Part shown: positions 17,394-25,776 of the stretch, piece by piece
Numbering within the stretch: the stretch's first letter is position 1
Layout of the letters: the number at the start of each line of letters is the position of its first letter
DNA from: a virus
Taxonomy: Duplodnaviria > Caudoviricetes
Length of the DNA: 32,315 nucleotides
Reading direction: 5' to 3' (one strand)
Virus record (IMG/VR): IMGVR_UViG_3300032290_000098
Location: 1 to 32,315 of that record
Translations under genes and position numbers: made by a program
The notes under the pieces: generated by a model
Told to the model about the DNA's origin: nothing
What the model saw: the letters and a program-made list of their open reading frames with translations, nothing else
Database searches by the model: none

Positions 17394-17656
17394 CAGCAGT
17401 CTTCTGCATTCTCAAAACCAGCTTGCAGCTTCAGATCAGCGTACAGGCCGTCCATCAAGTTGCCCTGCGGGGTAGCGCAGTAGAAGGCATGTGCCGCCAC
17501 TTCCTGCGCGTTTGCTTGTCGGGCATCTGCATTGGCGCTGACACTGACTTGGTACTGCACCTGATCTTTGTTGCCAAAAATGTTGGTGATACGGGCGTAA
17601 GCCTCCGTAAACGGTACGCCTACGTTACTGTTTTGGATGGAGATTTTCAGAGCCAT
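17393..17656 (-). CDS. Small fibre-associated protein (chaperone or tip partner)
   Basis: 87 aa ending LYADLKLQAGFENAEDC. TAATG-coupled to the fibre gene. Confidence 0.65.
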   Translation of the reverse strand: MALKISIQNSNVGVPFTEAYARITNIFGNKDQVQYQVSVSANADARQANAQEVAAHAFYCATPQGNLMDGLYADLKLQAGFENAEDC

Positions 17657-18795
17657 TAGAAGGTCACCTCAGTAGTGTCAATTTTTGCTACCCAGCGGAT
17701 TGTGGTCGCCGCTGCGCCGGTGACAGTCACAGCAATACCGCCGTTTGTTGTGTCAGCAGTAATTGCCAAAACCCAAGTAGCAGCGGCAACATCTTGGGCA
17801 ATAACAGTTGGCGTAACTGCGGCCACAAGAGCAGTCGACGCAGCGTTAGCGCCGCGCTTAATTACGCCTTCAAACTTCCAGCCTGATGTAGTGCCGCCAC
17901 CAGTTACGTTGGCGATGCAAGTTCCTTGGAATGTGTAGGCACTGTTGTTAGGCAGAATTACTTGATTTGTTGTTCCTGCGGCAGATGAGTTGCTTGCGAG
18001 TCTTGTTGCCGTTGCATCCGTAGTTTCTCGACCAAGTAACAATGTTGCAAGTTGATGTCTACCACCTGATGACGAAATAGGGCCATTACTTGCAGGCGTA
18101 ACAAAATTTCCAATAATAGACCTTGCTGTGCCGCCAGCGCCGCCAATGACAATGCTGTTTGTGCTATCTGCTGTGTTGCTTGAACCACCAACAACAGCAG
18201 AACTTGAACCGCTTGAAGTTCCGTTGCCAATACATACAGCACCACTTCCAGATGCAATAGCGTTCTGCCCTCCCAAACACACTGAATTAGCACCGGATGC
18301 AGTTGCAACTGCTCCACCAGCAATAGCATGGTTCCCGGTAGCATTAGAACTTGAAAAAGCCACTGCTCGGTAGGCGGGTGATGATACGGGCGTTTCAGTT
18401 AGAGAAAGCCATCCAGTTTCGGCATTACCACCAGCCCCCGTTGAAATTGCATTTTTACAATATACAAGCTCTAAATTTTTACCGGGAGTGCCGTAATAAA
18501 TACCCGATGCAGATTGTGCGGCTGTTCCGTCTCTTGCATCACTGGAATAAATGTTTATGCCTTGGGTGTTGCTTCCGTATCTGGCAACAATAAACCTGAT
18601 AACTTTGCCTTCAGGTGGGGATGTTGGCAAGTAAACTCGTATAGTGTTGGTTCCTGCTCCCGTTCTAAAATACTGAATTGGAGCACAATCATCTGTTAGT
18701 GAAATAGTTCTATCGGCAGAAGTAGATGCTTGTGCAGTAAAAAAATCCCACACCTGTATTGCAGGTGTGTTCTCGGATGCAAAGCCCGTAAACAT
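17656..18795 (-). CDS. Fibre / adhesin-like protein with YadA-head-like repeats
   Basis: 379 aa. Central ASGANSVCLGG / ASGSGAVCIG / SSGSSSAVVGG / ADSTNSIVIGG repeats and a C-terminal beta domain. AT-richer in the 5' two-thirds. Confidence 0.7.
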   Translation of the reverse strand: MFTGFASENTPAIQVWDFFTAQASTSADRTISLTDDCAPIQYFRTGAGTNTIRVYLPTSPPEGKVIRFIVARYGSNTQGINIYSSDARDGTAAQSASGIYYGTPGKNLELVYCKNAISTGAGGNAETGWLSLTETPVSSPAYRAVAFSSSNATGNHAIAGGAVATASGANSVCLGGQNAIASGSGAVCIGNGTSSGSSSAVVGGSSNTADSTNSIVIGGAGGTARSIIGNFVTPASNGPISSSGGRHQLATLLLGRETTDATATRLASNSSAAGTTNQVILPNNSAYTFQGTCIANVTGGGTTSGWKFEGVIKRGANAASTALVAAVTPTVIAQDVAAATWVLAITADTTNGGIAVTVTGAAATTIRWVAKIDTTEVTF

Positions 18796-19238
18796 CAGTA
18801 ATCCCCACCGATAGCAGTCAGGTGAAAGCCTGCCGCCACTGCTGTACCAAACGTAGCGTACACACGGTAACCTGCTGCCAAGCTGATGTTTAAAGGCAAG
18901 ATGATGTCGGGCTGTTCTGCTGTCTGTGATACCGTAGTTGCAGACAGTGTTCTTTCAAGATACAGCGTGTTGTTGGCCGCAGTCGTTGTCACTGAGCCGT
19001 TGTTGATCCAGATGCGGATAACGGTTGCCACGTTAGTGCCAAGCGACCTGACTTTGATGAAGTCAAGCCGTGAGCCTTCTACAGCACCCGCTGTTTCAAT
19101 CGGCCCGTAGATCGTGCCAGCAGTTAGGTCTGTGGTCGTGTTAGCTGTTAGGCCAGGAGTACCTGCTGTTGCGGCTGTTCCACTAACCCAAGAGTTAACA
19201 GGGATTAGCGGAAAAATAGGGTTTGTGTTCTGTGCCAT
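18795..19238 (-). CDS. Beta-sandwich fibre adaptor protein
   Basis: 147 aa, MAQNTNPIF...GGDY. TGATG-coupled to the fibre gene. Confidence 0.65.
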   Translation of the reverse strand: MAQNTNPIFPLIPVNSWVSGTAATAGTPGLTANTTTDLTAGTIYGPIETAGAVEGSRLDFIKVRSLGTNVATVIRIWINNGSVTTTAANNTLYLERTLSATTVSQTAEQPDIILPLNISLAAGYRVYATFGTAVAAGFHLTAIGGDY

Positions 19239-19502
19239 TTACATTGCTCCAATAGACCAAGATTGTAGTTTAGGGATGGGCGAAGAGCCACCGCCACCAC
19301 CAGAAGCGTTGATGGTCTGGTTTGGGAAAGAGCCTGTAATGGTCACATTGGTGCCGGCTACCAATGACGGTGTTGCCGTTCCTGTGCCGCCGTTTGCCAC
19401 GGCCACAATGCCCGTTAAAGCGTGGTCTGCGTTCCACGCAGCAGCGCCTGCGGCACTGAACGTGCCGTCTGCCGGTGTGGTGTGGGTAACAACAATAGTC
19501 AT
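19239..19502 (-). CDS. Short fibre-anchor-like protein
   Basis: 87 aa with AWNADHAL, VAVANGGTG and LVAGTNVTITG fibre-shaft motifs and a poly-Gly linker. ATGA overlap. Confidence 0.65.
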   Translation of the reverse strand: MTIVVTHTTPADGTFSAAGAAAWNADHALTGIVAVANGGTGTATPSLVAGTNVTITGSFPNQTINASGGGGGSSPIPKLQSWSIGAM

Positions 19503-19864
19503 GCCAGAAACTTGAGTTTGTACAGAGTGGTCAGGTACAACTCGACAATGTTGTCAATCAACTGCTGCAACGAGGTGTCTTCTTTTTTCGCCACCTTGTA
19601 GCGCATCTCCTCAACCTCGGCCAGTGATGCCTCAAGGAACTCGGTGATGTTGGTCGTCTTTTTGGCCGAGTGTAGGGTAATGGGGCCAATCAGCCCGTGA
19701 CGCCCTTGGTACGCCTCGGCAAACGCATCAGCGTGGTCGATGATGGTGTCGTAAAAGGTGTTGAGCGCCACATGCTTGGAGTAGCTGCGCGTGTTCAGAT
19801 GCACCGAATGGGCTACGTCGCGGGCCAAGAACAAGAGGCCCATGAAGTCTGCTGCGGTGCTCAT
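19499..19864 (-). CDS. Ferritin/Dps-like four-helix protein (DUF5856-like)
   Basis: 121 aa. AHSVHLNTRSYSKHVALNTFYDTIIDHADAFAEAYQG with terminal TLYKL. ATGA overlap with the portal gene. Confidence 0.7.
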   Translation of the reverse strand: MSTAADFMGLLFLARDVAHSVHLNTRSYSKHVALNTFYDTIIDHADAFAEAYQGRHGLIGPITLHSAKKTTNITEFLEASLAEVEEMRYKVAKKEDTSLQQLIDNIVELYLTTLYKLKFLA

Positions 19865-22020
19865 TGCATGGCTCCTTCAGGTGGCATCGGGGGCTGTTCC
19901 ATCATCTCCGGCATCTGCGAGTTCAAGTTGTTGCTCTCCATCGCAGCCGCCACGACACCCATAGCGATGTCCTGAATCTGCTGCTCGGTCATGCCGGCCT
20001 GCACCGCGCTGATGCGCTGCGTCTCAGCCTGGTACGCCTTGATCTCGGCCTCGAACTCTTTGATCGACAGGTCACGGGCTTCCATCGACTTCTGCACGTT
20101 CTGGAGCATCCCAGACATCTGCTGCATCTCTTGGTTCATGGCCTCCATCTGCTGCTTGGCCGCAGCCAGCGCCGGATTGTCCTCATCGTCACCGATGATC
20201 GCCGGGTCAATGACCTTGGCAAACCGCTGAGACATCTCCTGAGCGCCCGGCCAGTCCATGTTTTTAACGAACAGGTCGCCAGCCACGCGCCAGAGGTCTG
20301 GGTTGCCTTGCAGCAGTTGGGCCATCGCCTCCAGCGACTCCTGACGCTTGGTGGCAAAGCCGGGCCCGGTAATGACCATCACGTCGTACTTGCCGACGCC
20401 GGGGTTGTAGATTTTGTCCACCACGATGCCCTGCTCGTCCCTGATCTTCTTGACCGGCTCGGGCTGCATCGGGTTGATCTTGATCATCTTGGACTCGCCG
20501 TCCTCGCCGACGATCCGGGCGATGCGCTGCGTGTCGTAGATTTTCGGGATCAGGTCAATCAACTGCCGCCCAATGTAGCGAATAAACCGGGCGTAGTTGT
20601 CAACGTAGTGGTAGGTGCCGGTGTCCGACTCTTTTTGCCGGGCCAAAATGGCCTTGCCGCTGCGCTCGTTCGATGTTTGGCCCAGCGATGCGTTGTACTG
20701 ACCTGTGGTGTTCTTGATGTCGTCAGAAGCGCCCATTTTGGCCTGTATGAGGCCGGTCTGGGGTAGCGGTGGGGCTGCACGCTGGGGCAGCGGCAAAACG
20801 GCGCCTTGGCCGTCTGTAACGTCTGGGTTGACTTCAAGGTACGGCCAGTTCTGGGTGTTTGCAGTTTTCCACTGCATCTCGTACCCTTCGAACTGACCGC
20901 CGTAGCCGATGAACGGCGCCTTGGGGGCCAGCGCCAACATCTCGGCCTCTTGGCTGGTCCAGTAGTTGTACATGCGCTGCGCGTCCTTGGCATTACGCAC
21001 GAGGCCGCTGACGTAGAGCCGCCCCTCAACCTCAAACTCGTTGCCCACGCAGCGGATCACCGGGATGTGCGAGCCGGCCCAGTCGGAACGCTCCAGCACC
21101 TCGTAGCCGTTAATCTTGAGCCACTTGACCTTCTTGCGGTCAGACGGGCGTGAGCGCAGGGGCTTGCCAAACTGCGCCCGCATCATCTTGTCCTCGGGCG
21201 TGCCGCTAAACGCTGTAGCGTTGCCGGGGTACAGGTTGAGCGTTTCTTTGGTGTTCTCGATGTAGAAATACTCGGCGATACGCACCGTGTTTTCGTTCAT
21301 CCACTGGCTAAAGCCTTGGTCGCCCACGCCCAGCGTTTGCAGCGTGGTAATGGGCGCAGCGTCCGGGTACTGGCGCTCGTACTCGTCCTTGGGGATGTCC
21401 TCGGTGATGAAACACCAGCGGGCGTCTGAGCCGCACGGGTCTTGGATCAGCGGGTCCATGTAGACGCTGAAACTGTTGCGAATGCGCCCGATCTTGATGT
21501 CCTGATCGAACGTGTCGTCGTCGCAGTACTCAGTCAGGATGCGAGCATAGCCCTCGCCGTAGGACACTTGGTTCTCGCAGGCCGTGTCGTAGGCCACGTC
21601 GGCGTCCGAGATGTACTCGATGTGCCGAATCATGCCGTTGAAAATCTCGGCCACCTCAACGTCAGCGCCGTCGTCTGCCGGAATGACCTTGGGCTGCGGC
21701 CGGTTCTGCCGCTGCTCGTTGGTCACCTGATGGACGTGCTGAGGCAGCTTGTTGATCGTCAGGCACGGCCTGGCGTTGATGGTCTGGCCCTGCACCGCGC
21801 CACGGGTTGCCAGCACGTCAGCCGGCCACTGCCAGTGGTTGTCGGGCGAGCCGGCGTAGAACCGCAGGTCGTCAAGCTCGTCCTCACGCGACTCAGACAA
21901 CGCAGAAATCGCCATGTCGAGGCGGGATCTGGCCGTCGAGAGCACCTCAGAGTCGCTCTTGTCCTTGGCCGAGCCGCCCTCGCTGACCGCTCCAGCAGCG
22001 GCAATTCCTGTGTAGTCCAT
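19861..22020 (-). CDS. Portal protein, P22-like
   Basis: 719 aa. RPCLTINKL, IPVIRCVGNE, GLVRNAKDAQRMYNYW, SGKAILARQ, GKYDV...GPGFATKRQE motifs and a Gln/Met-rich barrel coiled coil. Confidence 0.92.
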   Translation of the reverse strand: MDYTGIAAAGAVSEGGSAKDKSDSEVLSTARSRLDMAISALSESREDELDDLRFYAGSPDNHWQWPADVLATRGAVQGQTINARPCLTINKLPQHVHQVTNEQRQNRPQPKVIPADDGADVEVAEIFNGMIRHIEYISDADVAYDTACENQVSYGEGYARILTEYCDDDTFDQDIKIGRIRNSFSVYMDPLIQDPCGSDARWCFITEDIPKDEYERQYPDAAPITTLQTLGVGDQGFSQWMNENTVRIAEYFYIENTKETLNLYPGNATAFSGTPEDKMMRAQFGKPLRSRPSDRKKVKWLKINGYEVLERSDWAGSHIPVIRCVGNEFEVEGRLYVSGLVRNAKDAQRMYNYWTSQEAEMLALAPKAPFIGYGGQFEGYEMQWKTANTQNWPYLEVNPDVTDGQGAVLPLPQRAAPPLPQTGLIQAKMGASDDIKNTTGQYNASLGQTSNERSGKAILARQKESDTGTYHYVDNYARFIRYIGRQLIDLIPKIYDTQRIARIVGEDGESKMIKINPMQPEPVKKIRDEQGIVVDKIYNPGVGKYDVMVITGPGFATKRQESLEAMAQLLQGNPDLWRVAGDLFVKNMDWPGAQEMSQRFAKVIDPAIIGDDEDNPALAAAKQQMEAMNQEMQQMSGMLQNVQKSMEARDLSIKEFEAEIKAYQAETQRISAVQAGMTEQQIQDIAMGVVAAAMESNNLNSQMPEMMEQPPMPPEGAMQ

Positions 22021-22022
22021 GA

Positions 22023-22202
22023 TTACTTGATCTTGCTCAGAACCTTAGCAACCGTGGCCTTGACGTTGACGCTGCCGTCGTTCTTGCCGCTGCAATACGC
22101 CATGTGAGCGTTGGTCGGCGTGTTGCGGGCAGGCATACCGCCGCCAACAATCTTTGGCTCACGGCTGTTGAGTTTGCCGATGGGTGCGAGGATTTTGCTC
22201 AT
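22023..22202 (-). CDS. 59-aa basic hypothetical protein
   Basis: Not in the ORF track. MSKILAPIGKLNSREPKIVGGGMPARNTPTNAHMAYCSGKNDGSVNVKATVAKVLSKIK. ATGA overlap, phage-like codon usage. Confidence 0.7.
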   Translation of the reverse strand: MSKILAPIGKLNSREPKIVGGGMPARNTPTNAHMAYCSGKNDGSVNVKATVAKVLSKIK

Positions 22203-22357
22203 TTTTTGCCTTTCTTGGCCGTCTTGGCCGACTGCACAAAGTCTTTTTTGGTAGGCGCGCCGGGCGAGCCGGGCTTCCTCATCTTTTCGCCAGAGCCTTC
22301 TTTGATGCGCTCGCGTTTGGCGTGAATATTTGCGTAGAGTCCGGGTTTTGTAGCCAT
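22199..22357 (-). CDS. 52-aa Lys-rich protein
   Basis: Not in the ORF track. MATKPGLYANIHAKRERIKEGSGEKMRKPGSPGAPTKKDFVQSAKTAKKGKK, a GLYANIHAKR-type small phage protein. Confidence 0.8.
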   Translation of the reverse strand: MATKPGLYANIHAKRERIKEGSGEKMRKPGSPGAPTKKDFVQSAKTAKKGKK

Positions 22358-22359
22358 GA

Positions 22360-22620
22360 TCAGCACTTCCATCGTTTGAGCGATGCCTTAGCCCGCTCGG
22401 CGTCGCCCTTGGCGTTTTTGACGACGCCCTCCATGCGGGCGCAAAAGCTCGCCTTACGGCCTTGGTCGGCCTTAGTCTTGGGGCTTGGAGCAGGAGGCTT
22501 GAGGTTGGAGCCGGTGGCTGCGTTGTACTTCTCGCGGCCCTTGGCTGTCAGGCCCGCGCCCTTGCTGACGGGCAGCTTCTCGCCCCGTCCAACGCTTAGA
22601 GACACGCCTTTTTTAGCCAT
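22360..22620 (-). CDS. 86-aa basic protein (DUF6321-like)
   Basis: GLTAKGREKYN...RKASFCARM...LKRWKC pattern. Confidence 0.75.
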   Translation of the reverse strand: MAKKGVSLSVGRGEKLPVSKGAGLTAKGREKYNAATGSNLKPPAPSPKTKADQGRKASFCARMEGVVKNAKGDAERAKASLKRWKC

Positions 22621-24153
22621 TCAAGCACCCATCCAACTGGTTACAGCCCCGCCACTATACCCGCTTGCGGTGCGGATGTGTGACTTTGGCTCACGATACT
22701 CTCGGCTGGCGACAGGATACGCAAACGTCAGCGCTATGGCGTCTGCTGCGTCCGGTGAGGCCAGACCACGGGCTTTCATGTCCTTTTTGGACTCTAGAAA
22801 TATAGTACCACGCGAATCGGGCTTCATCTTAGGCGAAATCAAGTCACTTTTCAAGAACCTGTCGTTGGGCACACTGGCTGTTTTCAACCAATCGCGCATA
22901 TCGCCCCACATTTCAGCCCGTTTGTTGCCGTACATAATAGGATTTTTGGCCTTGTTGCCGAAGTTCACGCCCCTGACCTTGAACCGCTGCTCCTTGAGCC
23001 GGTCCACAACGCCCGCTCCCAGCCCGCCCTCGTCGATGTTGACTAGCGAGGGCTTAAATTCCTCAATCGCGTCGATGACGTGCCCGACCACCGTCATGGT
23101 GTCGTCGCCCCGGTGCCGGATCAGCTTGACGATGTCCCGCCCCTGCCGCACGGCGATGACCGTTGCGTCTGCCCCAAACCGCGCCGGGTCTACGCCGATC
23201 ACAATCGGCGCTGACTGGTCCATATGCTTGGCCCGTTTCATCGCCTCATCGACCACGCCGATGCTGATGAACTGATCGTCGCCCTCGTTCGGGAACTGAC
23301 CATACACCTCGACGTGCGCTTGTGAGGAGTCCGGCCCATACTCAGCAATGATCTGCTCGTACACCTGTTTGTCAGTGCCCTCGACCGTCCTGGCGTCCAC
23401 AATCTTTGATGCCCAGAACTCCCGCTTGCTGTTAAACGCCTCGTAGAAATACCCGGTGTTGCGGCGCGGGTTGGAAAACGCCAGCCAGAAACGGTTTGGC
23501 GTGTTCTCGGTAAAGAATCCGCTGGTCACCGCCCAGATGGCGTCGTCAATACCCGACGCTTCGTCGAATATCACCATCACGCCGTCGAAGTTGTGTACGC
23601 CAGCGTAAGCGTCTGGGTTCTCAGCCGACCACAGCCGCCCCTCAACGCCCCAGTACCTAGTGCCTTTTTTTAGATCGCGCTCGACCAGCTCCGTTAGCCA
23701 CTTGGCCGGCATCAGTCTGGTAGCGCTTACTTCAAACCAATGGCTGTTGATCGACATCGCCAGCCATTTTGTCAGCTCGGCCCAGGTGATACTGCGTAAC
23801 TGTGATTCTGAGTTGGCCGAGATAATGGTCGTCGAGCCGATGCGCGTGGACAGCATCCAGTCCGTAATCCAACTGACCAGCGCCGACTTGCCGATACCCC
23901 GGCCAGAACTGACCGCCAGGCGCAGCACGTCGAAGTCCAGCTTGCCGCCGTTCTTCTTGATGTGCTCGGCCATAGTCGCGAGCACCTCGCGCTGCCACTT
24001 GCGCGGGCCAGTGAAGTGCTCCAGTGGCGTGCCCTTGACGCCCCACGGATACGCAAACATCACAAACGCCAGCGGGTTGTCCTTGATGGCCGGGCTCCAT
24101 AGCCGAGCCATCAGTTCTGTTTCATCAGCCGCGCTGTAACGTGTGGTCTGCAT
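22621..24153 (-). CDS. terL: Terminase large subunit
   Basis: 510 aa. Walker A SSGRGIGKS, Walker B VIFDEASG, coupling motif SNP, nuclease IGVDPARFGAD and SPDAADA. Confidence 0.95.
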   Translation of the reverse strand: MQTTRYSAADETELMARLWSPAIKDNPLAFVMFAYPWGVKGTPLEHFTGPRKWQREVLATMAEHIKKNGGKLDFDVLRLAVSSGRGIGKSALVSWITDWMLSTRIGSTTIISANSESQLRSITWAELTKWLAMSINSHWFEVSATRLMPAKWLTELVERDLKKGTRYWGVEGRLWSAENPDAYAGVHNFDGVMVIFDEASGIDDAIWAVTSGFFTENTPNRFWLAFSNPRRNTGYFYEAFNSKREFWASKIVDARTVEGTDKQVYEQIIAEYGPDSSQAHVEVYGQFPNEGDDQFISIGVVDEAMKRAKHMDQSAPIVIGVDPARFGADATVIAVRQGRDIVKLIRHRGDDTMTVVGHVIDAIEEFKPSLVNIDEGGLGAGVVDRLKEQRFKVRGVNFGNKAKNPIMYGNKRAEMWGDMRDWLKTASVPNDRFLKSDLISPKMKPDSRGTIFLESKKDMKARGLASPDAADAIALTFAYPVASREYREPKSHIRTASGYSGGAVTSWMGA

Positions 24154-24583
24154 GTGCGTTAGTTGTTAGGTGCGGGCTAGGATCGTTTTCAATCACTTGC
24201 GCCATGTCAATGACGCGTCGCTCGGCCTCTTGTAGCGCCGCTGTGATGCTGATCGACTGGTTCACATCTACTGTAATGGCCTGCTTGGCTACCCAGCCGT
24301 GGACGTTCTGGAGGATCGCCAGCGCCGCCTTGGCGTCGCCCTGCGCTGCGGCGTCGTGCAGCAGGTGACTCATCTCCATCTCGCCCTCTGCGCGGCCCTT
24401 GAGTTCAGCGTATTCCGCGATCTCGTCAAACTGTTTAAGCCTGGCGTACTCCTTGGGCAACATGCCTGCGGCCAGCGCCAGGTTGTCACCTTTGAGGCCA
24501 AGTTTGGCAGCCTTATAGATGCGTGCCAAGCGATCTTCAGTCGCTTGCAGTTGACGCGGCTCGTATGGCAGGGTTTCGAACAT
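24125..24583 (-). CDS. terS: Terminase small subunit
   Basis: Helical protein overlapping the terL start, with an HTH-like N-part. Start re-called at ATG 24583 (MFETLPYEPR). Confidence 0.7.
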   Translation of the reverse strand: MFETLPYEPRQLQATEDRLARIYKAAKLGLKGDNLALAAGMLPKEYARLKQFDEIAEYAELKGRAEGEMEMSHLLHDAAAQGDAKAALAILQNVHGWVAKQAITVDVNQSISITAALQEAERRVIDMAQVIENDPSPHLTTNAHADHTLQRG

Positions 24584-24589
24584 GGGCCG

Positions 24590-24598
24590 AATATAGCA
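24590..24598 (-). promoter_or_regulatory. Extended -10 promoter for terS (leaderless)
   Basis: Minus strand TGcTATATT, then 6 nt, then ATG. A/T tracts upstream (24599-24622). No SD. Confidence 0.5.
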
Positions 24599-24711
24599 CT
24601 TTTGCAAAAAATAAAAAAGTTTGTGCAGCCCCTCCGTTGCTGTGACCGCCCGGCCGTCGGCCCTCCCCCTCCCCCCTGGTTAGCGGGCACTCACTCACAA
24701 GCCTAGCCGGC

Positions 24712-25092
24712 TGTGGTCCATGTGGTCCATGTGGACAACGGGTTTGCAGTCGCACGGCTGAAAGCTAGCGCACCTGGGCTGTGGGTCATGTGGGCAACCC
24801 TTTAGCCATTGCCCACATGGCCCACAAAGCTACTGGCGTGGGCGCGGCATGGGTTTTGTGGTCCATGTGGTCATGTGGACCATCGATTTCAAGTCGCTCG
24901 ACCCCCTTTGGGCGCGGCTGTCGACGTCGGTGTAGTCGAGGCTGTACACCAAACTGTATACAATACATATATCTCCTTTTAGACTATACAACCCACTAAC
25001 CACATTAACCACAAAGCCCGTTTTCATTGGGCGCGAACGTGGACCATGCGCGCCTTTTTCCCATGTCCACGCATAGTCCAACGCTATCCACA
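24712..25092. repeat. Cluster of ~15 oriented 9-mer repeats (TGTGGnCCA-like) around an AT-rich core; probable replication origin
   Basis: Forward: 24712-24738 (x3), 24780-24797 (x2), 24857-24882 (x3), 25038-25046. Reverse: 24809-24826 (x2), 24990-25013 (x2-3), 25063-25092 (x2-3). AT-rich stretch ~24951-24990. Confidence 0.75.
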
Positions 25093-25113
25093 ACCCTACT
25101 ATTTGTAGGGGTG

Positions 25114-25142
25114 TTGCATTGTGTAAGAGAATCCTTTATGAT
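25114..25142 (+). promoter_or_regulatory. Sigma70-type promoter of the early operon
   Basis: TTGCAT-17 nt-TATGAT, followed by a CATGGC/GCCATG hairpin (25149-25166) at the predicted transcript 5' end. Confidence 0.75.
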
Positions 25143-25187
25143 CTCGCACATGGCAACGTCGCCATGCTAGTAAAGTACAGGCAAACC

Positions 25188-25385
25188 ATGAAATTCGCGT
25201 TTATCCCCAAAGCCGCCTACAAAATCGGCCAAGTCATTCAAGTGCATGGCAAGCCTATGCGCGTTGAAAGCTACACGCACACAGGCAAAAACGTGACCGT
25301 GCACTCACTTGAGGGTGCGCCTAAGTTTGAGCGCATTGTGTGCGTGTGCACTGATAGCCCCGCCATTGAGGGCGTGACCGTCTAA
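25188..25385 (+). CDS. Hypothetical early protein
   Basis: 65 aa from ATG 25188. The longer ORF-track start lies inside the promoter. Confidence 0.65.
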   Translation: MKFAFIPKAAYKIGQVIQVHGKPMRVESYTHTGKNVTVHSLEGAPKFERIVCVCTDSPAIEGVTV

Positions 25386-25434
25386 TCAACCCTCGCGCGG
25401 CCAGAGTGCCGCGCTTAATCAAGGACAGACAATC

Positions 25435-25764
25435 ATGTACGAAACAATCAAGACAGAAGACACACAAGGCTTTCAAATCGTTTTCAGCGTCAGGCCTGAA
25501 GACACGCATCCTCGCGAATCGTTTGACACCGACGACATAGACGATATCTGCCGCAAGATTGACAGCGGCGCCTATGTCTGGTTCGCCGCCCGCGTCGACG
25601 CCTATCGGCATGGCGTCCTGTTGGCGTCCGACTATCTTGGTGGTTGTCTGTATGACAGCTACGCCGACTTTTTGGCCGAAGGCGGTTACTACGAAGATAT
25701 GGTGCATAACGTAGTCACCGCCGCCAAGCAAACCCTCTCGCGCCTCGGGCGCCAACCAGCGTAA
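25435..25764 (+). CDS. Hypothetical early protein (acidic)
   Basis: 109 aa, AAGGA SD, LASDYLGGCLYDSYADF motif. Confidence 0.8.
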   Translation: MYETIKTEDTQGFQIVFSVRPEDTHPRESFDTDDIDDICRKIDSGAYVWFAARVDAYRHGVLLASDYLGGCLYDSYADFLAEGGYYEDMVHNVVTAAKQTLSRLGRQPA

Positions 25765-25776
25765 GGAGCCTAAACC

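Noticed and set aside
19236-19241. In-frame stop-start junctions (TAA-ATG at 19239, TGA-ATG at 22621, 9-nt gap at 15883-15891) as read-through fusions or recoding
   Set aside because: Different stop codons are involved, all core genes are intact under the standard code, and each downstream gene has its own plausible start.
23732-24100. 122-aa alternative-frame ORF inside terL
   Set aside because: Only a short patch of unusual codons and no clear SD, so the evidence is much weaker than for the polA overlap.
24712-24882. Short repeats considered as a mini-CRISPR array
   Set aside because: Units are 9 nt, abut each other, occur in both orientations and lack unique ~30-nt spacers.
24370-25093. 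ORF-track calls across the control region (24370..24690, 24781..24999, 24786..24968, 24830..25093)
   Set aside because: They translate the 9-mer repeats and G/C tracts and lack SDs. The region is better explained as non-coding.
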